A DNA stretch of 64,000 bases from Candidatus Cloacimonadales bacterium. GTDB lineage: Bacteria; Cloacimonadota; Cloacimonadia; Cloacimonadales; JAFGVF01. Where the stretch lies: contig OY759729.1 in assembly GCA_963662585.1 (NCBI GenBank), positions 2,976,001-3,040,000 on the forward strand, given 5' to 3'. Below the pieces are notes generated by a model that worked only from the letters and a program-made list of their open reading frames with translations, was not told the DNA's origin and did no database searches. Both the position numbers and the translations under genes were made by a program. Below are positions 9,938 through 19,588 of this stretch, in pieces (the stretch's first letter is position 1; every line of letters begins with the position of its first letter).

Positions 9938-10090
9938 GAGGAGGAATTGAAGTGGATTAAGGAAAGAAAGTATAAGAAACGCCCCCTCATCTGCAGACGC
10001 AATCTTCACCATAATATAGCCTCTGACAACAAGTTTTAGTTCAAATTTAACAATATTCCCCAAAAACATCCAAAAAGCCCAAAAATTATC

Positions 10091-10130
10091 TTGACATAAA
10101 AAGAGAATAATTAATCGATATAAATATATC
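10091..10130 (+). promoter_or_regulatory. Putative promoter of the hfs-like operon
   Basis: Perfect TTGACA followed by ATCGATATA, a layout shared with 41286-41330; -10 box weak. Confidence 0.5.
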
Positions 10131-10149
10131 TATAAAAAGAGGTGTAAAA

Positions 10150-10410
10150 ATGACCGACAAGAAAATGATAGATATCAGTATTTGTATGGGAAGTAGTTGT
10201 TATCCAAGAGGTAATAGAGAGACTTTAGAAAAATTGAAAGTTTATATCAGTGAAAACAAGCTAGAAGACCAGATAATAATGAAGGGAAATTTATGTGAAG
10301 GGCTCTGTAAAGATGGACCAAATATCAGAATTAATGGTGTAATATATCATGATATAGACTATTATAGCGTCCTAAAAGTAATAGTAGAAATTCTTGAACA
10401 GGGGGAATAA
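10150..10410 (+). CDS. Thioredoxin-like [2Fe-2S] ferredoxin (HfsA-like)
   Basis: CMGSSC...CEGLC..GP pattern; operon context. Confidence 0.85.
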   Translation: MTDKKMIDISICMGSSCYPRGNRETLEKLKVYISENKLEDQIIMKGNLCEGLCKDGPNIRINGVIYHDIDYYSVLKVIVEILEQGE

Positions 10411-12134
10411 TGAATCCTAATAACTTACCAGTCTTTACCAGATTTGCAGATTGTCAAGATTGCTACAAATGCGTGCGTGGGTGTCCTGTAAAAGCAATTA
10501 AAGTTGAGAATCATCATGCTTCAATTATTCCAGATCTATGCATTCATTGTGGTCATTGTGTAGAGATATGTCCTGTAGAAGCTAAAAGAGTTCGCGATGA
10601 TTTATCTAAGTTGAAGATAAACATTTCCTTGAATAAGAAAGTTGTGATTTCTTTAGCTCCATCTTGGAGAAGTGAGTTTCCCCGTCTAAAGAAGGAGCAG
10701 ATGATTAGGGCTTTAAAGTTATTGGGTATTGCCCAAGTCTCTGAAACTGCTTTAGGAGCTGAGGAGGTAAACAGTCATTTAACAAGCTACTTGAGTGATG
10801 CACAGGGAATTAAAATTTCAACAGCATGTCCTACAATAGTAGAACTTGTTGAGAAGTTTTACCCAGCTTTAATAGAGAGATTAGTTCCCATGGATTCGCC
10901 TTTATTGGCTCACTGTAAGATGTTAAGAGAGCACTACGGACCAGATTTTCTTATAGGTTTTATCGGTCCTTGTATTTCCAAAAAATTAGAAGCTGATAAA
11001 TTTCCGGAGATATTAGCTTTTTCAATAACTTTTCAAGATTTACATAGATATTTCAAGGATAAGGGAATTAATCCCTATAATTTAGAAGTAGAAGAAGGAA
11101 TGGTATTTTCACCTACTAGTGCTAAGGAGGGTACTCTTTATCCCATCGAAGGAGGGATGATAGATACCTTACAAATTATCGGAGAAAGCAATTATCAAAG
11201 CTATTCTATTTCAGGAACTGACGAAATAATAAAGCTATTTGATGATTTACTGGAAAGAGGGGTTAAGAAGAATATCTTTATAGAGACTCTTTCTTGTAAG
11301 GGTGGTTGTATCAACGGTCCTGGGTGTATAAAAGAAAAATCATATCTCTTAAAGGAGATGGAAATCATTGAGCACAATCCTTTTGTTGGGAAGAAGACTT
11401 TAGCTTCAAGTAAGGTAGATATTAAGCAAGATTATACTCAGAAATCAGTAACAATAGAAAAGGGTAATGGTTTATCTATTGCTGAAGTATTTAAAACAAT
11501 AGGAAAGAATCGTCCTGAAGATGAAAAGAACTGTGGGGGATGTGGCTATAATACCTGTAGGGAATTTGCTCAAGCTATTATTGATGGCAAAGCTGAAGCC
11601 TCAATGTGTGTTTCTTATTTGAGAAGTTTGGCACAAAAGAAGGCGAATGCTCTCTTTAGAACCATGCCTTCTGGGGTGATTATTGTGAATAAAGAGATGA
11701 TTATTCAAGAGTCTAATACAAATTTCTTTAAGATATTAGGATTAGATTCTCATTTTTCCACTGACTCAATCGAACTTGATGGAGCTCACTTAGATAAAAT
11801 GATAAGCTTCACAGGAATGTTCAAAGAGGTTTTAGAAAAGGGGAAAGATATATTAGACAAAGAGTTGAGGTATGGAAATAAATTTCTTAAAATATCTATC
11901 TTCTCAATAGAAAAACATGAACTGGTTGGTGCTGTTTTACAAGATATCACTCTTCCTTCAACTGCGAGAGACCATACCATAATGCAAGCAAAGAAAGTGA
12001 TAAATAAAAATTTAGACATGGTTCAGAAAATTGCCTATTTGCTAGGAGAGAATGCTGCAGAAGTAGAGATTGCTTTAGATTCTATTATTGATATTTCGGG
12101 TATAGATAAAGCAGAAAAGGTTTCTGAGGAATAA
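10410..12134 (+). CDS. PAS-domain sensory [FeFe] hydrogenase (HydS/HfsB-like, group C)
   Basis: 2x[4Fe-4S] N-terminus, variant H-cluster motifs STACP / GPCISKKLE / ETLSCKGGCING, CGGCGY..C FeS motif, C-terminal PAS and coiled coil. Confidence 0.9.
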   Translation: MNPNNLPVFTRFADCQDCYKCVRGCPVKAIKVENHHASIIPDLCIHCGHCVEICPVEAKRVRDDLSKLKINISLNKKVVISLAPSWRSEFPRLKKEQMIRALKLLGIAQVSETALGAEEVNSHLTSYLSDAQGIKISTACPTIVELVEKFYPALIERLVPMDSPLLAHCKMLREHYGPDFLIGFIGPCISKKLEADKFPEILAFSITFQDLHRYFKDKGINPYNLEVEEGMVFSPTSAKEGTLYPIEGGMIDTLQIIGESNYQSYSISGTDEIIKLFDDLLERGVKKNIFIETLSCKGGCINGPGCIKEKSYLLKEMEIIEHNPFVGKKTLASSKVDIKQDYTQKSVTIEKGNGLSIAEVFKTIGKNRPEDEKNCGGCGYNTCREFAQAIIDGKAEASMCVSYLRSLAQKKANALFRTMPSGVIIVNKEMIIQESNTNFFKILGLDSHFSTDSIELDGAHLDKMISFTGMFKEVLEKGKDILDKELRYGNKFLKISIFSIEKHELVGAVLQDITLPSTARDHTIMQAKKVINKNLDMVQKIAYLLGENAAEVEIALDSIIDISGIDKAEKVSEE

Positions 12135-12136
12135 GC

Positions 12137-13333
12137 ATGCAATTAGATAAGAACTTTTTTATAGAAGTGGCTTCTGTTCAGAAATTTAAGCATGGACAAA
12201 GAGTTTGTGGCGACACTTTTAAAAGTATGAAAGTTGATCATGATAAAAGAATTCTAGCAGTTCTTTCAGATGGATTAGGTAGCGGTGTTAGAGCGAATGT
12301 TATTTCTACAATGACAGCTACAATGGCCATAACCTATTCATCAAATAAATATGATAATATTAAAGCTGCTGAGACTATTATGAATACTCTTCCTATTGAT
12401 AGTGTTCGAAAAATAAGCTATGCTACTTTTACTATCGTAGATATCGATTATGCTGGTAGATGTGATATTATTGATTATGATAATCCCCCTTTTATTCTGA
12501 TAAGGAATGGTAAAAGATATGAAGTTCCTATAAAGAAATATAATGGTAATATCAGCAATTTAGCTAGGAAATACACTTTAAATATGTCTAGGTTTAATCT
12601 ACAATTAGGCGATAAGCTAATTATCTTTTCAGATGGAGTAAATCAATCAGGAATGGGCTCTAATGCTTTTCCTTTTGGTTGGGGGATAGTAAAAGTGCAA
12701 GAATTTTGTGAATACTTATCTAGTAAATATCCAAATCTTTCTGCTAGAAGCTTTGCTCAAGAGATAGTAGAACATGCCAATGCAAATAGTAATTATAAGC
12801 CCCAAGATGATATTACCTGTTGTGTTATAAATATCAGGGAGCCAAGAAGATTAGTTGTTATGACAGGTCCTCCAATAGATAAAGCTAGAGATAGTTATCT
12901 TGCTGAGATCATTAATAATTTCTCAGGTAAAAAGGCTATTTGTGGAGGAACTACTGCTAAAATTCTTTCACGAGAACTCCAAGAAGATGTGGAAGTTGAT
13001 ATCACTTCTTTAGACCCAATAGTACCCTGTTCTTCCAAAATGCAGGGGGTTGATTTAGTTACTGAAGGTATGATAACCATGGGTGAAGCATTAAGATATC
13101 TAAAGAGTAAAGAGTTTATTGAGGATGTTAAAACTGAGAATGGGGCGACTAAGTTGGTGAAACTATTCTTAAATAGTGATATTATTGAATTTTATGTAGG
13201 GACAAAAATCAACGATGCTCATCAGGACCCTAATATGCCAATCGAATTAGGTATTAGAAGAAATACTATTAGAAGAATAGCAAATGCTTTAGAAAAACGC
13301 TATTTAAAAGATACTAAAATCACTTTTGTATAA
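12137..13333 (+). CDS. SpoIIE/PP2C-family Ser/Thr phosphatase (HfsC-like)
   Basis: 'VCGD', 'LSDGLGSGV', 'FSDG', 'DDIT', C-terminal 'ICGGTTA'. Confidence 0.9.
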   Translation: MQLDKNFFIEVASVQKFKHGQRVCGDTFKSMKVDHDKRILAVLSDGLGSGVRANVISTMTATMAITYSSNKYDNIKAAETIMNTLPIDSVRKISYATFTIVDIDYAGRCDIIDYDNPPFILIRNGKRYEVPIKKYNGNISNLARKYTLNMSRFNLQLGDKLIIFSDGVNQSGMGSNAFPFGWGIVKVQEFCEYLSSKYPNLSARSFAQEIVEHANANSNYKPQDDITCCVINIREPRRLVVMTGPPIDKARDSYLAEIINNFSGKKAICGGTTAKILSRELQEDVEVDITSLDPIVPCSSKMQGVDLVTEGMITMGEALRYLKSKEFIEDVKTENGATKLVKLFLNSDIIEFYVGTKINDAHQDPNMPIELGIRRNTIRRIANALEKRYLKDTKITFV

Positions 13334-13571
13334 ATAAAGAGGAAAAAATGAATGAACAAATCAGAATAACAGTTTGTTGTGGTACAACTTGCCACTTGAT
13401 GGGAAGCTCAGAAATACTAATTTATAAAGATGAGATTGAAGCAAAATATAATCATCAAGTTGCTATTTATGGCTCTCCTTGTTTAGGGAACTGTAAGGAT
13501 TACGCTGCTGTAAATGCTCCTTTCGTTCTTGTTGGAGATGAGTTAATCTGTCAAGCTAACAAAGATAAAAT

Positions 13572-15149
13572 CTGGCATACCCCCATTATTTTTATAAGAA
13601 ATTGATCCGTAGTTGTAGCTTGTCATGATATTCCCCCTTGTGCGGTATAATTTTATTCAATTTAGTGTTATTAAATATGTGCTTTATGATTCTACTCAGT
13701 TTGTAATAGACATAGGTATGATTCTTATAATTAGTGCTACCGAACTCAGGGAATTGATATAAAAGTTCTTCCAGATATTTTATTGTAGAATAAACTATAT
13801 CTACTGCCACCATTAATATAACATTAATATTTTTCAATCCTACATAACTCATCAGCTGAACTTTTTCCCAATTAAACTCCTGCTTGATATGTCTATGGAA
13901 CTCTTCGATTTTCCATCTTTTTCTGTATCCTTTAACAGCTTTTAATATTATTTCATAGTCTGTCATTGTGCTATCATTAAAGTTACATAGAAAATAAAAC
14001 AAGCCTCCTTTTTTACCATGCCTTACAACAACTAAGTTTGCTTCAACTATATCTGGATGCTTACGTTTATGTGGATTAATTCTTATTTTCACTCTCTTTG
14101 TTCCGCAATTAAAAGTTTTATTATCAGATGTTTTAAACTCATGTTTAAGTTTAATTTGTCTTACTACTGATGAAAAGCTAACTTCGGTATTATCCTCAAT
14201 AAAAGATCTCTTACCTGTACTTCTAATTATATAGTTATTTTCATTATTTGAAAGTAAAGTTATTAACTTACGGCTATCATAACCTCTATCAAACACAAAA
14301 ATACCTTTATTATTACTGTGAATAGTAATATCTATAATTCTATCTTCAAGTATATTCTTAGAAGTATCTTCTTCTATAATATTACTATATAATTGACTGC
14401 ATATTGGGAGTATTGAATAGTTCTTACCATTATCTGTTAGTGATGCAATATTAAGTAAATGATAACCTTTCGCTCTTTGTCCGGTAGAACCATCTCTAAC
14501 TCTTGATAGTCCTTCTAACTTATTTGATTCTGGCTTCAATATATCTGATTCATCAACTATAAAATATGTGTCATTGGTAGCTTTTGCACTGTTGTATTTT
14601 AACAAATTTTCACTTACCACTTTTCCAATTTTCTCATTCTTTAGGTTTCTATATAATCTCTCACATACTTTATCTAAACTAATTTCTTCATGTAAACTTG
14701 TTGCTATTTGTCGAACAATAACCGAGCTACTTGAAATGACTACTTTCGTTATATCTTTCAAGGCTTTATGCTCAGGAATAGTTAAGCCTTCTGAATATTT
14801 TTTTACTCTTTTTGAAAATTTACCTTGTAATTTTATTATATTCTGTTTTTTTAAATCCATTGTTAAAGTGCTCCTTTAGAAATTATTTGGTAGATAATCT
14901 AATTGTATTTAGGAGCACTTTTTTTGCAAGGATTATTTTTCTTATTTTATTATCTATCAATTAGTTATACTATTTCTAAAAGTGTCTTAATATTAGCCTT
15001 ATTTGCAAGCTTTCTCGTAATTTTAATAGAAAAGTTTAAGTTTATTCGTAATACCTATAAATCAATCTTTTTAGACAATTTTTATATCTAACTTACTATA
15101 AAACTGAAAGTTCACTATATTATATCAAAGTTTTTTGGGGGTATGCCTG
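13572..15149 (-). mobile_element. IS4-family-like insertion sequence, 1578 bp
   Basis: Terminal IRs CTGGCATACCCCCA / TGGGGGTATGCCTG; 14-bp TSD AACAAAGATAAAAT (13558-13571, 15150-15163). Confidence 0.95.
13592..14860 (-). CDS. DDE transposase (IS4-like, YREK motif)
   Basis: 'FIVDESD', 'VFDRGY', 'YRKRWKIEEFHRHIK'. Confidence 0.93.
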   Translation of the reverse strand: MDLKKQNIIKLQGKFSKRVKKYSEGLTIPEHKALKDITKVVISSSSVIVRQIATSLHEEISLDKVCERLYRNLKNEKIGKVVSENLLKYNSAKATNDTYFIVDESDILKPESNKLEGLSRVRDGSTGQRAKGYHLLNIASLTDNGKNYSILPICSQLYSNIIEEDTSKNILEDRIIDITIHSNNKGIFVFDRGYDSRKLITLLSNNENNYIIRSTGKRSFIEDNTEVSFSSVVRQIKLKHEFKTSDNKTFNCGTKRVKIRINPHKRKHPDIVEANLVVVRHGKKGGLFYFLCNFNDSTMTDYEIILKAVKGYRKRWKIEEFHRHIKQEFNWEKVQLMSYVGLKNINVILMVAVDIVYSTIKYLEELLYQFPEFGSTNYKNHTYVYYKLSRIIKHIFNNTKLNKIIPHKGEYHDKLQLRINFL

Positions 15150-15206
15150 AACAAAGATAAAATCACTGCCTATCTTAATAAAATATTCAATATTGAGGAG
15201 TAAGAT

Positions 15207-16628
15207 ATGTTTCAGATAAACAATGCAATACTTCTAAGGCGAGATTTAAAAGTCAGAATAGCTGATATATTATTAAATAATAAAGAGTTAAGTGAATTAA
15301 ATAAATTACCTGTAATGATGACCCCAAAAGGCAGTCAAAGTAGTATTAGATGTTGTGTATATAAAGAGAGGGCTGTTACACGCAGTGCTGCCTTGGCCTG
15401 TTTTGGAGTAAGTTTCGCTGAAGATGATGAACTAAAGAGTATAAAGGAGTTTGCAGAAGAAAGGTTAGCCTCTCCTAGATTAGATGAAGAAGTTTTGACA
15501 GTTTTAAATGAAGGATGCTCTGCCTGTTCTAAGAATAGTTATTTTGTTACTAATGCTTGTCGAGGATGTGTGGCCAGGCCTTGTATGATGAATTGTCCTG
15601 CTAAAGCAATATCTTTCAAAAATGGTCATGCTGAGATAGATCCTGATTTATGTAAGAATTGTGGAAAGTGCCTTGAAGCTTGTCCATATCATGCCATAAC
15701 CTATATTCCTGTTCCTTGCCAAGAGCTATGTCCTGTAGATGCAATTTCTAAAGATGAAGATGGAATTGCTAAAATAGATTTTTCCAAGTGTATCTTGTGT
15801 GGAAAGTGTATGAATGCTTGTCCTTTTGGAGCTATTTTTGAGAAGTCCCAAATGCCCTTTGTTATTGATAAGCTTAAGCAGAAACAGCGAGTTGTGGCCA
15901 TGATTGCCCCTGCTATTGCTGGACAATTTACAGTTGAATATGGTAAAATTATTGCTGGTATATTAGCTTTAGGTTTTGCGGAAGTTGCTGAAGTTGCTTA
16001 TGGAGCTATTGAGACAGGGAAGAGAGAAACAGAGGAATGGCTAGAGTTTTCAGAAAAAAGAAAACCTGCTTTAACTTCTTCCTGCTGTCCAGCTTATGTT
16101 AATTATATAAAGAAACATCTAACTGAGAAATTAGACTATGTTTCTTCCACTTTATCACCAATGCAATACACTTCTCAAGAGATCAAGAAGAGAGATGCTA
16201 AGGCTATAACAGTATTTATCGGTCCTTGTGTCGCAAAGAAATCAGAAGCACTCTTAGATGAAAATACAGATTTCGTACTTTCCTTTGAAGAACTAGGAGC
16301 AATGTTAGCAGCTAAAGATATTCAATTAATTGAATTAGAAGCTAAAGAAGTTTCTTTATCTGGTGATTCTGCAGCAAGAAATTTTGCTGTGACTCAAGGT
16401 GTTTCTCAAGCTATCAAACTCAATATCCCAGCTGAGGCAGATTTTAAAGCTGAAATCATAAATGGAATAGATAAAAAAAGTATTTTCATGATTAAGGCCT
16501 TTATGAAGGGTCAGCTCCCAAGTAACTTTATGGAAGTAATGGCATGTGAGGGTGGCTGTATAGCAGGACCGAACTCTATTACTAATCCGAAGGTTGGCCT
16601 AGTTTTTCATAAAAAGTCTCTGTTATAG
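15207..16628 (+). CDS. Monomeric [FeFe] hydrogenase (HfsD-like, group B)
   Basis: Multiple [4Fe-4S] motifs; TSSCCP, GPCVAKKSE, EVMACEGGCIAG. Confidence 0.9.
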   Translation: MFQINNAILLRRDLKVRIADILLNNKELSELNKLPVMMTPKGSQSSIRCCVYKERAVTRSAALACFGVSFAEDDELKSIKEFAEERLASPRLDEEVLTVLNEGCSACSKNSYFVTNACRGCVARPCMMNCPAKAISFKNGHAEIDPDLCKNCGKCLEACPYHAITYIPVPCQELCPVDAISKDEDGIAKIDFSKCILCGKCMNACPFGAIFEKSQMPFVIDKLKQKQRVVAMIAPAIAGQFTVEYGKIIAGILALGFAEVAEVAYGAIETGKRETEEWLEFSEKRKPALTSSCCPAYVNYIKKHLTEKLDYVSSTLSPMQYTSQEIKKRDAKAITVFIGPCVAKKSEALLDENTDFVLSFEELGAMLAAKDIQLIELEAKEVSLSGDSAARNFAVTQGVSQAIKLNIPAEADFKAEIINGIDKKSIFMIKAFMKGQLPSNFMEVMACEGGCIAGPNSITNPKVGLVFHKKSLL

Positions 16629-16768
16629 AGAGAGGGTAAAGCTTGTGAGAGAAATAAAAAATCTGTAAAAATATCGAGCTTAGAAAGCAAAAATAGGCTA
16701 TTTAAGATTTTTTTGTTGTTATCAAACAAAAAGCTACTATTATATTAGAAAATTGATCTGGAGGAGAT

Positions 16769-17080
16769 ATGTCTTTGATATCACTTACTAATGATAATTT
16801 CGAAGAATCGGTAAAAGAAGGCGTGAGTATAGTTGATTTTTGGGCTATTTGGTGTGGTCCTTGTCGTATTATGACACCAGTAGTTGAAGATATTGCTAAA
16901 GAGATGCCAACCGTTAATGTATACAAATTTAATGTCGATGACTATCCTGAACTAACTGCTAAATTTAAGATTATGAGTATTCCGACTATTCTAATTTTTA
17001 AAGATGGTGTTGAGGTAGATCAAACAGTTGGAGTTGTATCGAAAAGTGTTTTAGCAAATAAGATTAAGAATTTTTTATAA
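16769..17080 (+). CDS. trxA: Thioredoxin
   Basis: WCGPC active site, 'SIPT'. Confidence 0.97.
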   Translation: MSLISLTNDNFEESVKEGVSIVDFWAIWCGPCRIMTPVVEDIAKEMPTVNVYKFNVDDYPELTAKFKIMSIPTILIFKDGVEVDQTVGVVSKSVLANKIKNFL

Positions 17081-17092
17081 TTTTTTTTATAA

Positions 17093-17140
17093 GATGGTTG
17101 AATAGGGTAAAGGTAACTTTCTCTCTTCAACCATCATTTT
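17093..17140 (+). terminator. Hairpin/terminator after trxA
   Basis: GATGGTTGAA...TTCAACCATC stem followed by ATTTT. Confidence 0.55.
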
Positions 17141-17157
17141 AACTACAAGGTGGTATT

Positions 17158-17829
17158 TTGGTTAAGTATATGCTTTCCTTGCTATTGTTAAGTCTCAGTA
17201 CTTTAATTTTAGGAGCAGAGTTTGGTTTAATTGCAGGTGGGGGAATGTCTCAAGCTTATGGTTCTAAGGACCAAGCCGTTGGCTATGATATAGATATTAA
17301 GTTCTATCCTGTTTTAAGAGTTGGGGTTTTTGCAGAATATCCAATAACCCAAGAGCTAGCTTTAGTTCAAGAAATACTCTATTCCCAAAAAGGTTCAAAA
17401 CAGAGAATTAGGGTAGAAGATCAGCCTGTAAATTTTGATTTAAGGTATGATACTGATTACATTGAAGTACCTTTTCTTCTAAAATATAACCTCTTTAATA
17501 TTGCTCAAGTTCCAGTAAAGAGTTTAGTAGGTTTCTCCTTTTCATATCTACTTCAAGCAGAATATAATTTGGATGGGGTGGTTAATGTAGGGGAGAGCAC
17601 AGTAGCCTTGAAAGATTCATATCAAATGAAAGATTTAGATGAGTTTGATTACAGTTTACTCTATGGTTTTTCAGCAAATCTAAAAAAAATAGGAATTCCT
17701 GTTGACTTAGATTATCGTTTCTCATTAAGTTGGTATAAGATAAATTATCCAACTTTTGCAGGGCTTGATCCAGTCAGATTGAGTAATCATAGTCATATCT
17801 TGACCCTCAGTTATAAATTTTGGAAATAG
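17158..17829 (+). CDS. Outer-membrane beta-barrel (PorT-like) protein
   Basis: Signal peptide, 'EILYSQKG', 'YIEVPFLLKY', C-terminal aromatic beta-signal 'LSYKF'. Confidence 0.75.
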   Translation: MVKYMLSLLLLSLSTLILGAEFGLIAGGGMSQAYGSKDQAVGYDIDIKFYPVLRVGVFAEYPITQELALVQEILYSQKGSKQRIRVEDQPVNFDLRYDTDYIEVPFLLKYNLFNIAQVPVKSLVGFSFSYLLQAEYNLDGVVNVGESTVALKDSYQMKDLDEFDYSLLYGFSANLKKIGIPVDLDYRFSLSWYKINYPTFAGLDPVRLSNHSHILTLSYKFWK

Positions 17830-17837
17830 GAGATTTT

Positions 17838-19340
17838 ATGAAAAATAATGCTTTAATAATTTTTTTGTTGCTAACTATTACCTTATTAGTGAGTTCACCA
17901 TTAATTGATAATCTAAGATTCAGTGCTCCAACAAGCGATAATCAAGTTATTGCCCAGGGCGAATTAAATTTCTTTTATGATATTTCATTCTACTATTTTG
18001 GTGAGGATGGTGTAGAATATCAAACTTTTGAACCTATTGAGGGTTCTGCTACTAGTCATCAAGTTGCTCTCCCAGCACCTGTTAACGGAGATGTTGAAAT
18101 TGGTATAAGAGCTTATAATGATGTTCTTTCTGAAACTGATGCCGGTGTCGCTATTCAAGCTATTTCTTGGGATGGAGAAAATGATCCTGAAGTTGCAGAC
18201 CTAAATTGGTTAAGTAATGACGCTACTGATGATACTACTATTGCTGAAACATTTTTAGATATTACTGCTACTCATTTTACTTATAGTGATGAGAAACTAT
18301 ATTTCTCAATGCAAAATAATGGTGGTGGTTTTCCAGTTTCTGAGGCTATTTGGGGACCATTCTACTCCTATATCTCTCTAATTATTCCTAGTGGTCTTGA
18401 TCTAGATCCTACTAATATAAACATCACTCCCTTTGGTATCTTATATACTGTTAATCAAGCAGGGATAATTCAACCAGGACTCTACAAAGTATCTGGTATG
18501 ACTATGAATGATATTGAGTTCGTAGCTCCAATTGAAAGTTCTATTGATGAAGCTAATAATCAACTTACTTTAAGCTGTAACTGGTCTGACCTCTATGCTC
18601 AAGAAGACTTTTTGGAATGGTTTGACCCTGAAAATCCACAGCTAACTACTGCATCTGGAACAGGAATGATTACTCTTGCAGGTGGAATGCAGGAAACAGA
18701 TTTTACCTACCCTTCAGCAATTTATTTAGACCCTTTAGTTTTAGAAGAGCAAGAAAATATTTTACCTGAAGTTACTAACATAAATCCTTATGAGAATGAT
18801 GGATATCTCTATTTCACTTATTATGATGAGAATGGTAATTTTCCTCTTACAGCCCAAGCTATCATTAATGACGGAGAAGAGATTTTAGACTTCTCTCCTC
18901 TATCTTATGACTTTTCAACTGAAGTTACCTTCCAAAGTAATGAAACCTCAGAACTTATTTCAACTGACTGGTCTTCTATCTTAGTTAAAGTATCTGATAA
19001 TAATATAAACTTTACAGAAGAGCTTCTTCTCCCTACTTCTAATGATAACTCTATAGAGGCTATTAGCTTAAATTCAATTCAAAATTACCCTAATCCCTTT
19101 AATCCTGAAACAAGAATATCTTTCACTTTAGATAAAGCAAGTCCTGTGAAGCTTAATATCTTTAACATTAAAGGACAAAAAGTTTTTACCTTATTAGATG
19201 AATATTCTACAGCCGGTAAGCACGAAGTGGTATGGAATGGCACAAATGATAAGAATGAGTCTCTTGCTTCAGGAATCTACTTCATTCAAATGCAAACAGA
19301 GGGACAAAGTGTTAATCACAAAATGGTGTTGATGAAATAA
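17838..19340 (+). CDS. Secreted acidic protein with C-terminal FlgD-Ig/secretion-type sorting domain
   Basis: Signal peptide from MKNNALII (RBS AGGAGA); C-terminal 'QNYPNPFNP...WNG...ASGIYF'. Confidence 0.8.
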   Translation: MKNNALIIFLLLTITLLVSSPLIDNLRFSAPTSDNQVIAQGELNFFYDISFYYFGEDGVEYQTFEPIEGSATSHQVALPAPVNGDVEIGIRAYNDVLSETDAGVAIQAISWDGENDPEVADLNWLSNDATDDTTIAETFLDITATHFTYSDEKLYFSMQNNGGGFPVSEAIWGPFYSYISLIIPSGLDLDPTNINITPFGILYTVNQAGIIQPGLYKVSGMTMNDIEFVAPIESSIDEANNQLTLSCNWSDLYAQEDFLEWFDPENPQLTTASGTGMITLAGGMQETDFTYPSAIYLDPLVLEEQENILPEVTNINPYENDGYLYFTYYDENGNFPLTAQAIINDGEEILDFSPLSYDFSTEVTFQSNETSELISTDWSSILVKVSDNNINFTEELLLPTSNDNSIEAISLNSIQNYPNPFNPETRISFTLDKASPVKLNIFNIKGQKVFTLLDEYSTAGKHEVVWNGTNDKNESLASGIYFIQMQTEGQSVNHKMVLMK

Positions 19341-19349
19341 AACTATGAA

Positions 19350-19472
19350 CGCCAGTATCTTAACTGGGAGCGCCAGCATCTTGTTGGCACCTAACTGGGT
19401 ATGTGGGCTTTCTTGCAGGCATCTTTTACTGGGAGCGCCAGCATCTTGCTGGCTTCTTAACTGGGATGCCCG
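19350..19472. repeat. Cluster of (T)AACTGGG-headed REP-like hairpins
   Basis: Four heads at 19361, 19392, 19427, 19458; GCCAGCATCTTG(T/C)TGGC palindromes. Confidence 0.7.
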
Positions 19473-19521
19473 TTTTTCGTTAATTCTTAACACCCCGACT
19501 TAGCAAATCTACAATCTTATC

Positions 19522-19550
19522 TTGACATAAAAACACTTTTAAAATATCCT
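19522..19550 (+). promoter_or_regulatory. Sigma70-like promoter
   Basis: TTGACA-17 bp-TATCCT upstream of the large kinase. Confidence 0.55.
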
Positions 19551-19588
19551 AATAGAAATGTCAAAGAATGACTTGAGAGAGGATAATT

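Larger units (their letters stand above)
13348..15203 (+). pseudogene. Thioredoxin-like [2Fe-2S] ferredoxin gene interrupted near its 3' end by an IS
   Basis: CCGTTC...CLGNC; removing the IS and one TSD restores ...ANKDKITAYLNKIFNIEE* (stop 15201-15203); the current ORF ends WHTPIIFIRN inside the IS (13605). Confidence 0.85.

Noticed and set aside
14903..15091. Hydrophobic 62-aa ORF inside the IS
   Set aside because: AT-rich non-coding IS end; the homologous MITE segment contains in-frame stops.
19517..19533. 17-bp identity TTATCTTGACATAAAAA with 10086-10102 as a specific operator
   Set aside because: Explained by the sigma70 -35 consensus in AT-rich context.
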